This document shows positions 22,371-34,519 of a stretch of DNA of 64,000 nt, in pieces (position 1 is the stretch's first letter; each line of letters starts with the position of its first letter). The notes under the pieces were generated by a model that made no database searches, was not told the DNA's origin, and saw only the letters and a list, made by a program, of their open reading frames with translations. The stretch covers positions 31,064,001-31,128,000 of the forward strand of contig NC_058368.1 in NCBI RefSeq assembly GCF_018350175.1. The letters run 5' to 3'. This stretch comes from Felis catus (taxonomy: Eukaryota). Made by a program: the position numbers and the translations under genes.

Positions 22371-24890
22371 GGGGAAGAAGTAATTCTTTCTGTCTGCACT
22401 AGGCAAGAAGAATCAACACCTAATAAACTAGATGGTTTTGCTCACAAATGACTGGTGGTAACTTATTTTGTCTAAAAACTCAGTGATTGCTAATTGGTAC
22501 TTGAGTGCAGCTATTTAGTTCATTCTACATTTGTTCCTTATCCTATGAACTCTATTAGGAGCTTGGTATTAATAAAGTCACACGACAGGGTAGTTAAGAA
22601 ACATGAAGGAGTAAAAGATACATTAATTTTTAGGGAACAATTTGATCATGAGTCCCTAGGGCTGCTTACTCTGGGTTTGTGGGAAGTGGGGTGGGAAGAA
22701 GAAGATGATGAATCACAAAGTTGATAGATGAATCGCATCATAATTTCATTTTGAGCATCAAATACTGGTGAAGTATTAAATGCAAAATTAATTGGGAAAG
22801 TAGGTTGCGTCTACTAAAATCAAACTTAATGTGACTTTTCTTTAAGCACGGATTACCCTGATGCTCTATAGGGATGCCACGGAAATGCAAATCAGCTGTT
22901 GTACAGATTTTAACCCCAGTGTAAGGCTTTATGTTTTGAGGCTCAAAAGAACTGATTCAATTAAGCTAACAGATCGACAGAAACAGATACCATGTGACAA
23001 GATGGCCTATCTTACAAAATTAAGAACAGCTACTTATTTTGTTTTTACATGTTATTTTACTTTGGGTTTGAGCACTGAGAGAGTTCATTAAAATCCTGGC
23101 AACACTGACTCTGTAAATATGTCTTGTAAAGGGGATTATTCACTCTCCAGTCTTACATCTGTCGCTCTGCTAGAATACAAAAGGACCGTGCAGGTTTGGG
23201 CCAGCTCGTTCTGTTTATTTTCACCAATATCCAAATGTGTGAAGATAAGAAAGTTAATGTTTTAGAAAACAGTTTGTTTTCGTTCTTTTATAGTATGCAT
23301 GCATTTTTATATCAATCTGTTTCAGAACAAAGCATATTTCAGCCAGAAATGGTATGCTTCGGAGACTATGGTGTTGATCGGTGCACATATTTCATTACAT
23401 TGTATTAAGTCCTAACATTAATGACCAAAATCTTCAAAACATTTTTGTTTTATGTTATTTGCGCTACTAGGTATTTATTCTTATTTTCTTCTTTAAATGA
23501 GAAAGAACGTATCACGTATTCTAAAATAAGAATCATTATGTCTCTGCATTTTAATGCAGAGACACAACAGTTGAGGGGACATAATTGAAATCACTTCTAT
23601 AACAATTGAAATACTTAATTATACTGTTGGTTCCACATGCAGGTATAATTATATTAAAGCCTATTTCTTTCCTGTTGGCTTTTATTTGCTTGTAAAAATC
23701 ATAGGCACATTTGATAATATTCACTTGTTTTGGTTATTAAGTTCTACTGACTAAAAATTGTTCATCAAAGTCACATTAAATATAAAGAACTTTTAAAAGT
23801 TAGCCCTGGAGATGTAGTAAATTTGCAGGCATTTCTTATTCAACATTCAAATAGAAAATCTGTTCACTTTTTAAATAAAAAATGAGAGGAAAAATGGATT
23901 TCAGCCTCCAATGAGAGCCTGCTTTCTATGAAGAAAATGTATTGATTTTATCACGGTCTTATGAACAATGTCAAGTTGTAATTAAGTATTTGCTGAATAA
24001 CTTTCAGAGGGTGATTTTGCAGGTCCAGGGATCACAGACTATAACCTTCCTAACAGTATCCAGACCTGAAATTAACACCTGCTTCTGAATCAGAAACAAA
24101 CCAATCCCGAATAGACTTGAACATATAGATGAAGTTATCTTTTCATTTATAGGCTCATTTACTCAATACCAGCATAAGATTTTTCACTTGATTTGTGTCT
24201 TGTGTTGATCGTGTTAATCGGTTCATGGGAATAACCCCTGCTGACTGGCCCTCTATCAAGTGATTTTACAGCTTGCTTCCTTAATCAAACTCCATCCTAT
24301 ATTCCCACTCTCCCTTAATGGCAACCACACTCACGTAGGTCAGTCTGCACAGCTACTCACGTAGCTTTTATTATTCATTTCACACATCTCTGCTTCATAT
24401 ACGTTTTGTTTTCAAATCAATGTCCTCTAAATTTACCAGAGAGGGTTATTTTCTCCCCAGTTGGTAAAATGATCTTTTTTTTTTTTTCATCTTGAGGGAT
24501 TATTACGAGAATCCAATGAGAAAATTTTAGTAATATTGTTCCAACAACTTTATAAAGGACTACAAAAATTCATGGCATTATAAGTCTTAGTCATTTTTCA
24601 AATGGAAAGGTCATGGCCTCTGAATAGATATGAATTTTCTCTAGTTTACCAGGGAAAATAGGTTCAGAATGCACTCCAGGAATATTGCTTTGTTTTGATC
24701 TATAATTCTGAATACCCATGTGGCTTATTTCCTTAGCATTCTAGGCTGAACAGTCCATGAACTTCAGGAACACATGTTGCCCTTAGCTTAAGTCTAGGCT
24801 ATAAACAGGCCTACACTGGTTGTTTTTAGCCTCCTTTCCCCTGAATGTTACCCTGTTCACACTTGGGCAATTAAAGTAGGAGAAACCTCA

Positions 24891-25106
24891 GGGCACCTGG
24901 GTGGCTTAGTCAGTTGAGCATCTGACTTCGGCTCAGGTCATGATCTTGGGGTTTGTGAGTTGGAGCCCCGCGTAGGGCTCTGTGCTGACAGCTCAGAGCC
25001 TGGAGCCTGCTTCGGATTCTGTGTCTTCCTCTCTCTCTGCCCCTCCCCTGCTCATGCTCTGTCTCTCTCTGTCTAAAAAGTAAATAAAACATTAAAAAAA
25101 ATTTAA
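24891..25106 (+). mobile_element. Can-SINE (SINEC_Fc-like)
   Basis: Full head, body and tail; degenerate TSD ttaaa..ggagaaacc. Confidence 0.95.
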
Positions 25107-25230
25107 AACTGGAGAAACCCCAATGCCATTTTATCTCACTTCTAAGGAGAAAAGATCCAGTGGGAGAAAACAGAGAAGGGGGTGATGCTTTTAAACACTT
25201 TGTTCCTCCTGGAAAAATATATAATTATTC

Positions 25231-25451
25231 TTTTTCTTAAAATTTTTTTAATGTTTGTTTATTTTTGAGACAGAGACAGACAGAGCGCGAGCAGGGGAAG
25301 GGCAGAGAGCAAGGGAGACACAGAATCTGAAACAGGCTCCAGGCTCTGAGCTGTCAGCACAGAGCCCGATGCAGGGCTCGAACCCACGAACCGTGAGATC
25401 ATGACCTGAGCTGAAGTCGGACACCTAACTGACTGAGTCACCCAGGTGCCC
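25231..25451 (-). mobile_element. Can-SINE (SINEC_Fc-like)
   Basis: Reverse-complement full element; TSD aatatataattattctt. Confidence 0.95.
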
Positions 25452-25894
25452 TGAATATATAATTATTCTTATAGAATTGGGGATATCAGATTCTCAGAGA
25501 GAAAATTGGAAGGGTATCAATTATAAAAGTTTAAAAATGCTCATTAGATTTTTATTGCTCCCCATCTCTTTCTCCTCCACTCTATACCCATGAGGAGCAT
25601 AGATATAGAACATAAAGTCACCTAGGAGAGGATCCATGTCTAACTCTTTGAAAACCCTACATTCTTCAGCACAGCATTTTTAAGAGGAAAATGTGCAAAA
25701 CAAATGTTATAAAATGAGATTGTTTTCTAATTTTGCTTTTAAAAAAGATAATATTGATGAAAATATGAATAATCCACCTAATTTACAGTTGCCAAACATG
25801 TATGACAACTGGTTAGTATGCAGAGCCAGAAGGACAGCGCCTTCAAAGAGGTAAATTTCAAAGAAAATATAATTTATGATTTATGACTACACAG

Positions 25895-26125
25895 GGCAAG
25901 TGTTGTGCAAATATTTAGTACCTAAGGCTCTGGAATACACATCCCTGGCTTTAAATTCTATCTCAACCATTAGCCAGCTGTCTGGTAAGGGACAACTTTA
26001 TTAACCTCCCCAGATCTCAGTTTGCTCACCTGCCAAATGGAATATTAGTAGTTCTTATCCTCACAGAAAAAGTTTAAGGTGATGAAAATATAGAACCTAG
26101 AACAAGACTTGACTCAAAAAGATGC
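25895..26125 (+). mobile_element. MIR
   Basis: ggctctggaatacacatccctgg...ctcagtttgctcacctgccaaatgg core. Confidence 0.6.
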
Positions 26126-26434
26126 TGGTTTTCTTTCAATCAGTTCATGTGGAACTGGAGTCCTATTTTAGCCTTTATTTAGCTGTCATATTTAGCCTAT
26201 TTTGCCTATGTGCACTTTTTTCAAAAGTGTACGTCCTTTGTAAATTCATCTTAGACAGGATTTCTAATATACGTGCTGAATGTTCTAGGCAGGAATCTAA
26301 TAAATGGCATGAAATAAAACATTGTGGATAGTGACCACACACCATGAGAGTAGGGAAAATGGAAAAGGTGTGCAACTATTGTGTTATTAACTACTCTAGT
26401 AGAAAAACATCTCTAAAAAAAGTAGTATGAAATT

Positions 26435-26532
26435 GTATGTATGTGCGCGTGCATATATATATACATACATATAGTGTGCATGTGTCTTTTTGTGTGTGTG
26501 TGTGTATGTATATATATATATATACATATATG
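26435..26532. repeat. Compound (TG)n/(TA)n microsatellite
   Basis: Read directly from the sequence. Confidence 0.9.
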
Positions 26533-26769
26533 TTAGTTTTGAGTTAGTCAATGCTTACTGAGTTCCTAAAAGCATGGAACACTTTTCTAGATGTAATGAG
26601 AGATAATAAAATGTGTTAAAGGCACCAATCCTTGAAAAACAGTTTATTATCATTTGGGGAAGATACGATAGTAATTTCTGATTTTCCAGGCTGACTATTC
26701 AATTCTGCTTCACACTCCATTTGATGAGAGGGAATGTGTCACCTCTCAGATATATGTAAACAGCTAGCA

Positions 26770-26990
26770 ACATAGCAGAGTAATTAAGAGCAGGCTCTTG
26801 AAATAAAATGTCTGGATCTGAATCTTGGCTCTGCAGCTTACTAGCTTTGGAAACTTTGGCCTCTGTTTTCGCATCTATCTGTTAAATGGGGATAAAACAT
26901 AATACGTATCTCATAGGGTCATTCGAAGGATTAGAGAGATGATCTTTGCTAAGCGAGTAGCATGGAGTCAGCACATAATAAATGCCAAAA
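26770..26990 (+). mobile_element. MIR
   Basis: taagagcaggctc...gaatcttggctctgcagcttactagct...aaatggggataa...ctcatagggt. Confidence 0.75.
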
Positions 26991-29900
26991 TTAACTTAGC
27001 TGACTTGTCACCCTAAGTTTTCTATTCTCATGCCTTAGCTGGGCTTCATCAGTAATTGAAAGAGGGCTTCTAATTTCTACTAGGCTAGATTAAATAAAGA
27101 TCTGAGTTCTGTCAATAGTGTGCTTAATTAAGCAGACCAGATAACAGTATCAACAAGCACTTGGAAGCAGCTTTGTTATGGATAAACTTGAGGATAGCTA
27201 ATATGGAATGTAGGTAAATGACTAAGCATAGGCTGGGCTCTTTTAGAAGGTTACCTCGAGATGCATGGCCACTGTCTCACTAAACTCTGATGTGTTCAAG
27301 TTACAGTATCTCTCGGTAGGCTTTTACAAGTCCTTTGTACTGTTCTGCACAATTTGGACCTCAGTTTGTGAATGTACCAGAAGTTTATCTGCAAATCAAT
27401 TGTTTGGAATTCAGAAGACATTTTTCAACAGCAACTGTGTTGCTGGGAATGGTAGTTCTCAGGCCACCCCAGGGGATTCCAATTTTAACTAAAGACTGGT
27501 CTCCTGTCAACTATGCTTGACTACCATTTGTAACACTCACTTTGCATTTCTAGTTAGTATGCTAGAAACACATATGCCTGCCTGCAGCAGGGATTCACTG
27601 GCACAACAGGACAGGCATGCTGATTGTTCTAGGTTGCCAATAAATTATTTGTTAACTCCTCATTTCTGCATGAGGTAATTGGCCTCCTTATTTCTGTACA
27701 TTTGCCAAAGAGGACGTTTGAATAATATAAGCTCATAGTTGGAAGAAGGTTTATATTCTGTCTAGTCCACATCACCAGATATGAACTAAACTTCTCTGCA
27801 TTTTTTTTTCCCCTCTCACCTTCTCTGCCTCTTGAACAGGTTTAGAGGCAGAGAGGAGGAGGGTGTGTATCCTGCAGAGGGGTGTGGTAGGTTGTGCTGA
27901 AAAGAACAAGGGCCTTCAATGACAACATTTTTGTGGATGCCCTCGCCCCTGCTCTCTGAGCCAGCAAAGGCTGCTAAAATTTTAGTTACTATTTCCGTAA
28001 CTGTCAGTGACATTTGTCATATCAGTCCCCTCTCCAGACAGAACACTACTCTCCTTCCCATTCAAATGTCTTTCTCCACCACTCAGGAAAGCATCACATT
28101 TTTTTTTTTAATTCCATGTGAATGGGTGATGAATTTCATCATTGTCTTCTCTACGGGTCTAAGCATTTCTAGGATGTCAGTTTACAATTAAAATGAAAAA
28201 AAAACTACATGTAAAACAAAGTCTGTCTAACAGTGTCAAAATTGGATATTCTCTCATTAGTAATTAAGAGAATATTTTTCAGCTTTTTGTTGTTTTTGCT
28301 CTGAAAAAACACATATAGCAGAAATACTGCACACATTTTGTTAGGTTGTGCTTTTTTAAATGCTGCATTTCACGAAGCATTCAGATGGATTTGGTATCAA
28401 CATGCTAAAGACTCCTGCACTAAACAGTACCAAGATATGAGCTGTCATTATTGTGGCATGGAGATTTACCCCTAAAAATATCTCATACAAAAGTGAAGGA
28501 GACATTTACAGACAGCTTTGTCACTTAGACATCCTCTCATAGTACAGAGATGGATCCTAGCTGCTGTGCTCGTTATAAAATGATCTCCCAAACTTAGGAA
28601 GACTAGTTTCCTCCAATTAAGTGGTTAATATCTCTTGATGCACTGGCTTTGGTGTTTCTTTAACTTCTCTCTGTAGAGCTTTGTGATCTAGTGACTTCCT
28701 CTTAGCTTTCAGCTTTTAAATGTTTGTTTTTGCACTTTGGCTTCATATTGTTTATTTGGCAACAGAAGCAGCTTAGTGCCAAACGTGTAATACATTACTC
28801 GATACACCGTAGCTTTTATAAAATAAAGAATCAGTGCAGCTGCATAGTTCCAGCTTTGACTTGCCGTGTTCAACAGAAATAATGTGTGTAAAATGATATT
28901 ACATAATGGAACTGCTTCTACCATTTTGAGAACAGCTGGAATGCTCTGGACAAAGAGAGGTGATTGGTGATCTTGCTTACTCCTTATCTTCCCTACATCC
29001 TCCCCAAAACTGGCCAAGTCATGGGGTGGTAGCACCAGCTACCCCCAGTCAGCACTATTCTCTCCCCTCACTACATCCCAGATTTCTGTCCTTTTCCATC
29101 TCCAATTCCAGACTCAGAATTTTGCCTTCATATTTTGAAATAAGATGACAAAGAATAAGGAATTAGAAGGTGCTCTCAAGATGTCATTCTTCCTCTTCAT
29201 TTATCTTCAATTTCTGTCTCCTCTCTTGTTCCAAGTTAAGTGCATCCTTATTCTCTACTGTGCAGATAAGATAAAACAGCCAATAAAAAAAAAAGTTACG
29301 TAACATTTGTCTTGACCCCACTTCCTTCTACCATCAGTTTCATGTGGGAGAGTGGAGAAGGAGGATGGAGGGCTTGGAAGGGAGAAGTTGGAGGGAGAAG
29401 TTGCCAGAGATTTCTCACGGGAATTTTGGAGACCAGAAATCCTGGTTGAAAAAATGCCTGATAGATTTGTGATATGAAGACCAGTGCTGATTTTTGCTTC
29501 TAGGTTGATTCTGGGTAAGACGGAAAACCACTCTTGAAGCCAAGCCACATTGGTTTAGAATCAGAAACTTAATCCAATATAAAGCCCACTAAAATACTTC
29601 CTCCATATGCTTCTCTCTCCTCGCTCTCTTCTCTTATTCCTGCCACCATTCCCAAGAGTTCTGTGAGCATAGCCTCTTTCCCAGCCTAAATTAATTCTCT
29701 ATTCCTTTCTATTCCACCACACAATTAATCTTCCTAAGACACTACTTAGATGACACTCCCCTGGTTAAACATCCCGGAAACAGGGAGACTTGGCTGCCCC
29801 CTGCTTAAGTTTGAATGTAATATTATTAGACTGTCAATGAAAGACTGTAATATATCATCAACCCTCAATCATTTATCCAACTGGCCTCCATTAGTTATCT

Positions 29901-30197
29901 TCTACTACAAAAAAACTGAGCATTTTATCTAAGTGAATATGGTTAAAGATGTTTCCAGACCACATTGATTTGCCAACAGGGACTTGTTAAGAAGGAGAAT
30001 CCAAGTCATTGGAATAAAATTCCTTTCCTAGCTGAGCATTCTTTTCTTCTGTAATACCATTTATATCCTCTACATATCAGCTAACTAGTCAAGTGTTAGC
30101 ACAAACTACATTAATCTAATTTCTGTCCTATTTAAAGAAGTAAAAATATATTCTATATTCCCAATGACTCCTTCTTTCTCCAAATTGTCCTCTCGGT

Positions 30198-30378
30198 CAA
30201 TAGTGGTCCAACAGGACAATATGGAGGTCCCCAAAGCATCACTTGGGAACTTGTGGAAAATGCTACTTCTCAAGCAGGACCTAGGATTGGAATCTCTGGT
30301 GGTGAAGTTCAGAAGTCTGTGTTTTAACAAGTATCCACCTGATTCTGATGTATGCTAACCTTTGAGGGACTCTACTCT
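30198..30378. mobile_element. MER5A-like hAT element
   Basis: agcatcacttgggaacttgtggaaaatgc...tctgtgttttaacaag...tgattctgatgtatgctaa. Confidence 0.75.
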
Positions 30379-30609
30379 AATGCCTACTGGTGTGGAGTTC
30401 ATTTTTCAAAATAAAGTATGATTTGGTATTTAAAAAATACTTCTCTAGGTCATACCTGCTACAGAAAAAGTGAGTATGAGTAATTAGGATCTATTGGTAA
30501 TATGAGGCAATATCTGAAAGTTTTGGAAAATGGACTCCATGCATCCTAGGCATTCAATTAGATAAAATCATACACATGTATACATACATCTAAAAATTCA
30601 ATATTGCTA

Positions 30610-30825
30610 TTCTTTTCCGGGCATAGTTTAAAGAGCTTTACATATATTAACTCCTTCAATCCTCAAAATAAACTTCAGAGGTATTATTAATCTCCCATTT
30701 TACAAATGAGGAAAGCAATGTTCAGATAGTTTAAGTAAACTAACCAACATTACAAAGCCAGTTGGGGAAAAGCAGGAATTTGAATCAGGTAATAGAGTAT
30801 TCCATGCTTTTAGCCACTACTTTAT
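30610..30825 (-). mobile_element. MIR
   Basis: cccattttacaaatgaggaaa...agtttaagtaaactaaccaa...ggaatttgaatcagg. Confidence 0.7.
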
Positions 30826-31832
30826 GTAACCTATTAAGTAAATATCCTCTACTTAGGGTTTTTCATTTTCAAAAATATAACTACCATCATAATCAGAATT
30901 TTAAACATTTATGTAAAACTTGAAGTGTCCCCCCATTGTGTTTTATTTGATCCTTATTATTTCCAATTGACACTAGATGAATTGAGGCTTAATGTGGCTA
31001 TATAATAATTTCATATAATTATTGCACTGTTTGAGCACATCTGTTTTTGAGTAGAATGCACTTTCCTTATATTTCTGTAAAAAATTGTTAGTGTAAATTC
31101 GTTGATACAGAAATTAGCATAAATGCATATCAGAAAATAGAAGACTAGATCTTTATTCCATGCAGACACAGTGATAGTAAATAAGACATTTCAGATGTTA
31201 AGTATAAAAATCATATCATTTACAGACTAGAAAATACTTACCACCACCCTTTTATCTTATAAGGTTAATAAGTAGAATCTTTCATAGCTAATATATTTTA
31301 GCGTTTATAAAAGTACTAATAGGTGGTATATTAGAAATAAATTGCAAACTGAATTATTATGCAGATTGAAAGTATAATCTTTGTTATCTACATGTGTTAG
31401 CATGAATTGCTTTGCAGTGTATCAAACAGATATCTGATGCAAATTAACATGAGCAAACATTCAGTAGACGGTCTGGACCAGTCATCTAGAATGTAGCCTT
31501 TTTTAAAGATTTTTTAAAAATGCAAATAGAAGCAACTTGTCTCACTTAGTAGAAATTAAAATCAGAACATGGTTTTTTAAAAGTCATCCTTCCATCAACC
31601 CACTGTTATTTTAACACTGTCTTAAAAACAATGGCTCCCCCCACCCCCAACCGTTGTCCAATGCAAAGACATTTGAAAATACAATTCAGTAACTCAAAAG
31701 TGCTGTGAGGGTAAACTGTCTCTTGGGGATTCCATCACCATTTGATTTAATGTTGACTGTTTAATCATATTATAAACTTCTCCAACAGGCCTGCATAATT
31801 GCCTCCTTAGCAGAAAAGAGTAAACAGCTTAC

Positions 31833-31869
31833 CTTGCAATTCCAGTTTCTTAAGAAGCCCATTACATTC
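31833..31869 (-). other. Candidate 37-nt internal exon of an unidentified minus-strand transcript
   Basis: Minus strand gctgacaaatcttttgatgttttcag|GAATGTAATGGGCTTCTTAAGAAACTGGAATTGCAAG|gtaagc: branch-point-like CTGAC, pyrimidine tract, CAG acceptor and near-consensus donor in repeat-free DNA. Confidence 0.5.
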
Positions 31870-32084
31870 CTGAAAACATCAAAAGATTTGTCAGCACTTC
31901 CATTATCAACCTCCGTTTTCTAGAGTTGATAGCTGGCTATAAAATTTTTCTCTGGGTTTAAAATTGGCATTTAATAGTTTGACATGGAATAAACGTGGTC
32001 ATAATCTGGGAGAGGGTGGGGTTCTTTTGCTATGCAATTCAAATTAGGTAAATTGTTATTTCCCAGAATATGGCCAGTCATCAT

Positions 32085-32300
32085 AATAATCACTGCCATT
32101 TATTTAGTGCCTATTTCCTGCCAGGCATATATGCTATACTGAATTCATTTTAGTCAACTCAGTAAAGAAGGTGGTATTATCCTTAGTTTGCAGATGAGGA
32201 AACTGATGCTCAGAGCAGTAAAGTCCTTTTCCAAGTTTATACAGTAAGAAACTGAACTTAAATGCAGGTTCAGAGTACCATGGAGCTTCATGCTATGGGA
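32085..32300 (-). mobile_element. MIR
   Basis: tattatccttagtttgcagatgaggaaactgatgctcagagcagtaaagt. Confidence 0.75.
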
Positions 32301-33739
32301 TTGCTGATTAACTTCATCCATGAGGATGGGGTAAGCAGGAGGGACAAGGGCTAACAACAAAAAATAGGATCTTTCCAATTCGACAGTCAACCTATTTCAC
32401 CTCAATTGCCACAGGCGACTGTCTCATTTCCTAGCCAATTATAGCTCCTATGGATATTTTAACTGCCTATCTTGAAGGGAAAAATTATACTACTAAGTCA
32501 GAATTAGAAAAAGACATTCCACTCATTTGACAGCTTGCCATGTTTCTGCAACAAACAACAATATGATTAGACGAAATAAAATTTGGAAATAATTACTTTA
32601 ATCCAAAGTATGAACTAATAAGTGTAGGCGTTCTTATTAAAAAGAAGTTCACAATAGTTATAATTCACGAACTTAAATAACAATCATCTCCCACATATGT
32701 TCTTTATGACTTCTTCAGCAAAAGCTCTGTAAATACTTTCTCACAGAGAAAGTTTAGGCAACTGACATCTAGACTAATATGACAGATCACATGGCTCAGC
32801 ATGTTGGAAATTCATTTTAACTTACAAATACATCTAAAATTGTTCTGTGAGTAAATGCTGAATAGTGTTGATGGTTATGTTAATTCTGTGGCATCTTGAC
32901 TTTGGGGGTGAAAGCAAATCCAGAGACAAGAAAAATTACATTCCTGTTTCGAAAGGCAGAATATGTTGGCCTGACTGAAAATTTCTGTTTCCAATGATGG
33001 CCATTGTATTTCTGTTTCCAATGATGGCCATCAATATCATCAGCATCAGAGATGTGTTAGGTATCTACCAGGTGAATAGTGCTATATGAGTTGTCCTTAG
33101 AAGGAAGTTAAGGCAAACTCATATATCCTTGATGTACCCTGTTTGGCCAAGGCCCATTGATTTGATCTTTTAGTCCGTCTTCTTGATTAATTGTGAAATG
33201 ATCAATTGGAATAACTAAGCAGTATCAGAACTGAACACTTCACAGCAAGATTAGCCAAACTGCCTCTGGCCATGTCCTTTAAAATTGTCAACATTTAATT
33301 TCACTCCCCCCCTGCTCTATGATGTTTTAAATCCATTAGAGAGGCAATGCCATCAAATATTTCATTAGCATAGATATAGGGATAACCAACTCTTAATTAA
33401 ACTGAGACTGATTTCATGTAGGGGAGAGCTGATTTTTTAATTTTTGATTGAGAGGATCTGATTAGAAATCTTAAGCTGATTAGAAATCTTTAGATGCTAT
33501 TGAGATGATAGGTATGAACTTGATTGGCTTTTATTTCCACAGACTGCCTATAAGTTAGTAGTGGCTGAAAGGCAACATATATATAAATACAAAGATTCTA
33601 ACAGTTAATTTCAGCCCCTAAACTGGATGATTTTAGTCACCTGAGGGAAAGTGAGACAAATACAGTACATTTTATAAAAGAACAGTCATCACTAAAAACA
33701 GTAATGCTCTAGCAGAGGTAATTTATCAGAAAAAGCTGA

Positions 33740-34474
33740 CCCAGTTTTCCTGGCTAAAAGGCCACCGGCAACCTTGTTCCTTGGCAAGCAGGCTGGTTCT
33801 TACAGCCATAGTAGCAGACAAATCTGGGTTTGAATTTATAGTTCTCCTTTTTCCCTGAATAAAGACATACTCTAAAAATTTAAGTGATGGACCACATATC
33901 TCTTAGATACTTTCTGTTTTACTCCTATAAGTCTTTGATGATTTCCAGAACCCTGAAAATTGTGGGCCCCCCAGGGATTGAGTGGGGTGATTAGGAAGCC
34001 CCAAGTTGCTAGATTAAAAATGAAAACGCCTCTGACTCTGAAATCCGTGTAAGGGCAACTTGTCTTACGCTATTTGGTTTGTCTCTGTCTGATCCTCGTC
34101 TGGTGCTCTGCACATCTTATGATTTCTACCCAGTCAGGATTTTGACTTAACTAGAGAAAATTCATACTTGATTTTTAGTTGTCTTTAACGTATTTTTGTC
34201 CCGGTCTGATGATCTTAGGGAACTGCCTAATACAAACCGAAGAGCAAAACGTCAGGACAAGTACACATGTGCATCTGCTTGGGTCTGGCTTCTTGTTGTT
34301 ACACCTGACAAGGTCTTGGTTGACCCCCTGGGGGTTAGAAACTGAAGGTCTAATTCCTTCTACACAAGGTCAGAGAACAGTCTGACCAGAAATAATCAGT
34401 TATGGCCTCAAGGAGCCACAAAGGGGCGGCAGCGATCCATCTTGGTGATTCAAAACCCCCAATTCCACCCTTCA
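33740..34474. mobile_element. Probable degenerate ERV LTR/internal fragment (family unassigned)
   Basis: GC-richer block ending aattccacccttca (TG start on minus), with LTR-like composition only. Confidence 0.3.
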
Positions 34475-34519
34475 TATGTAGGAGATGAACTAGAAAGGGA
34501 GGTAGATTACAGTGATATT

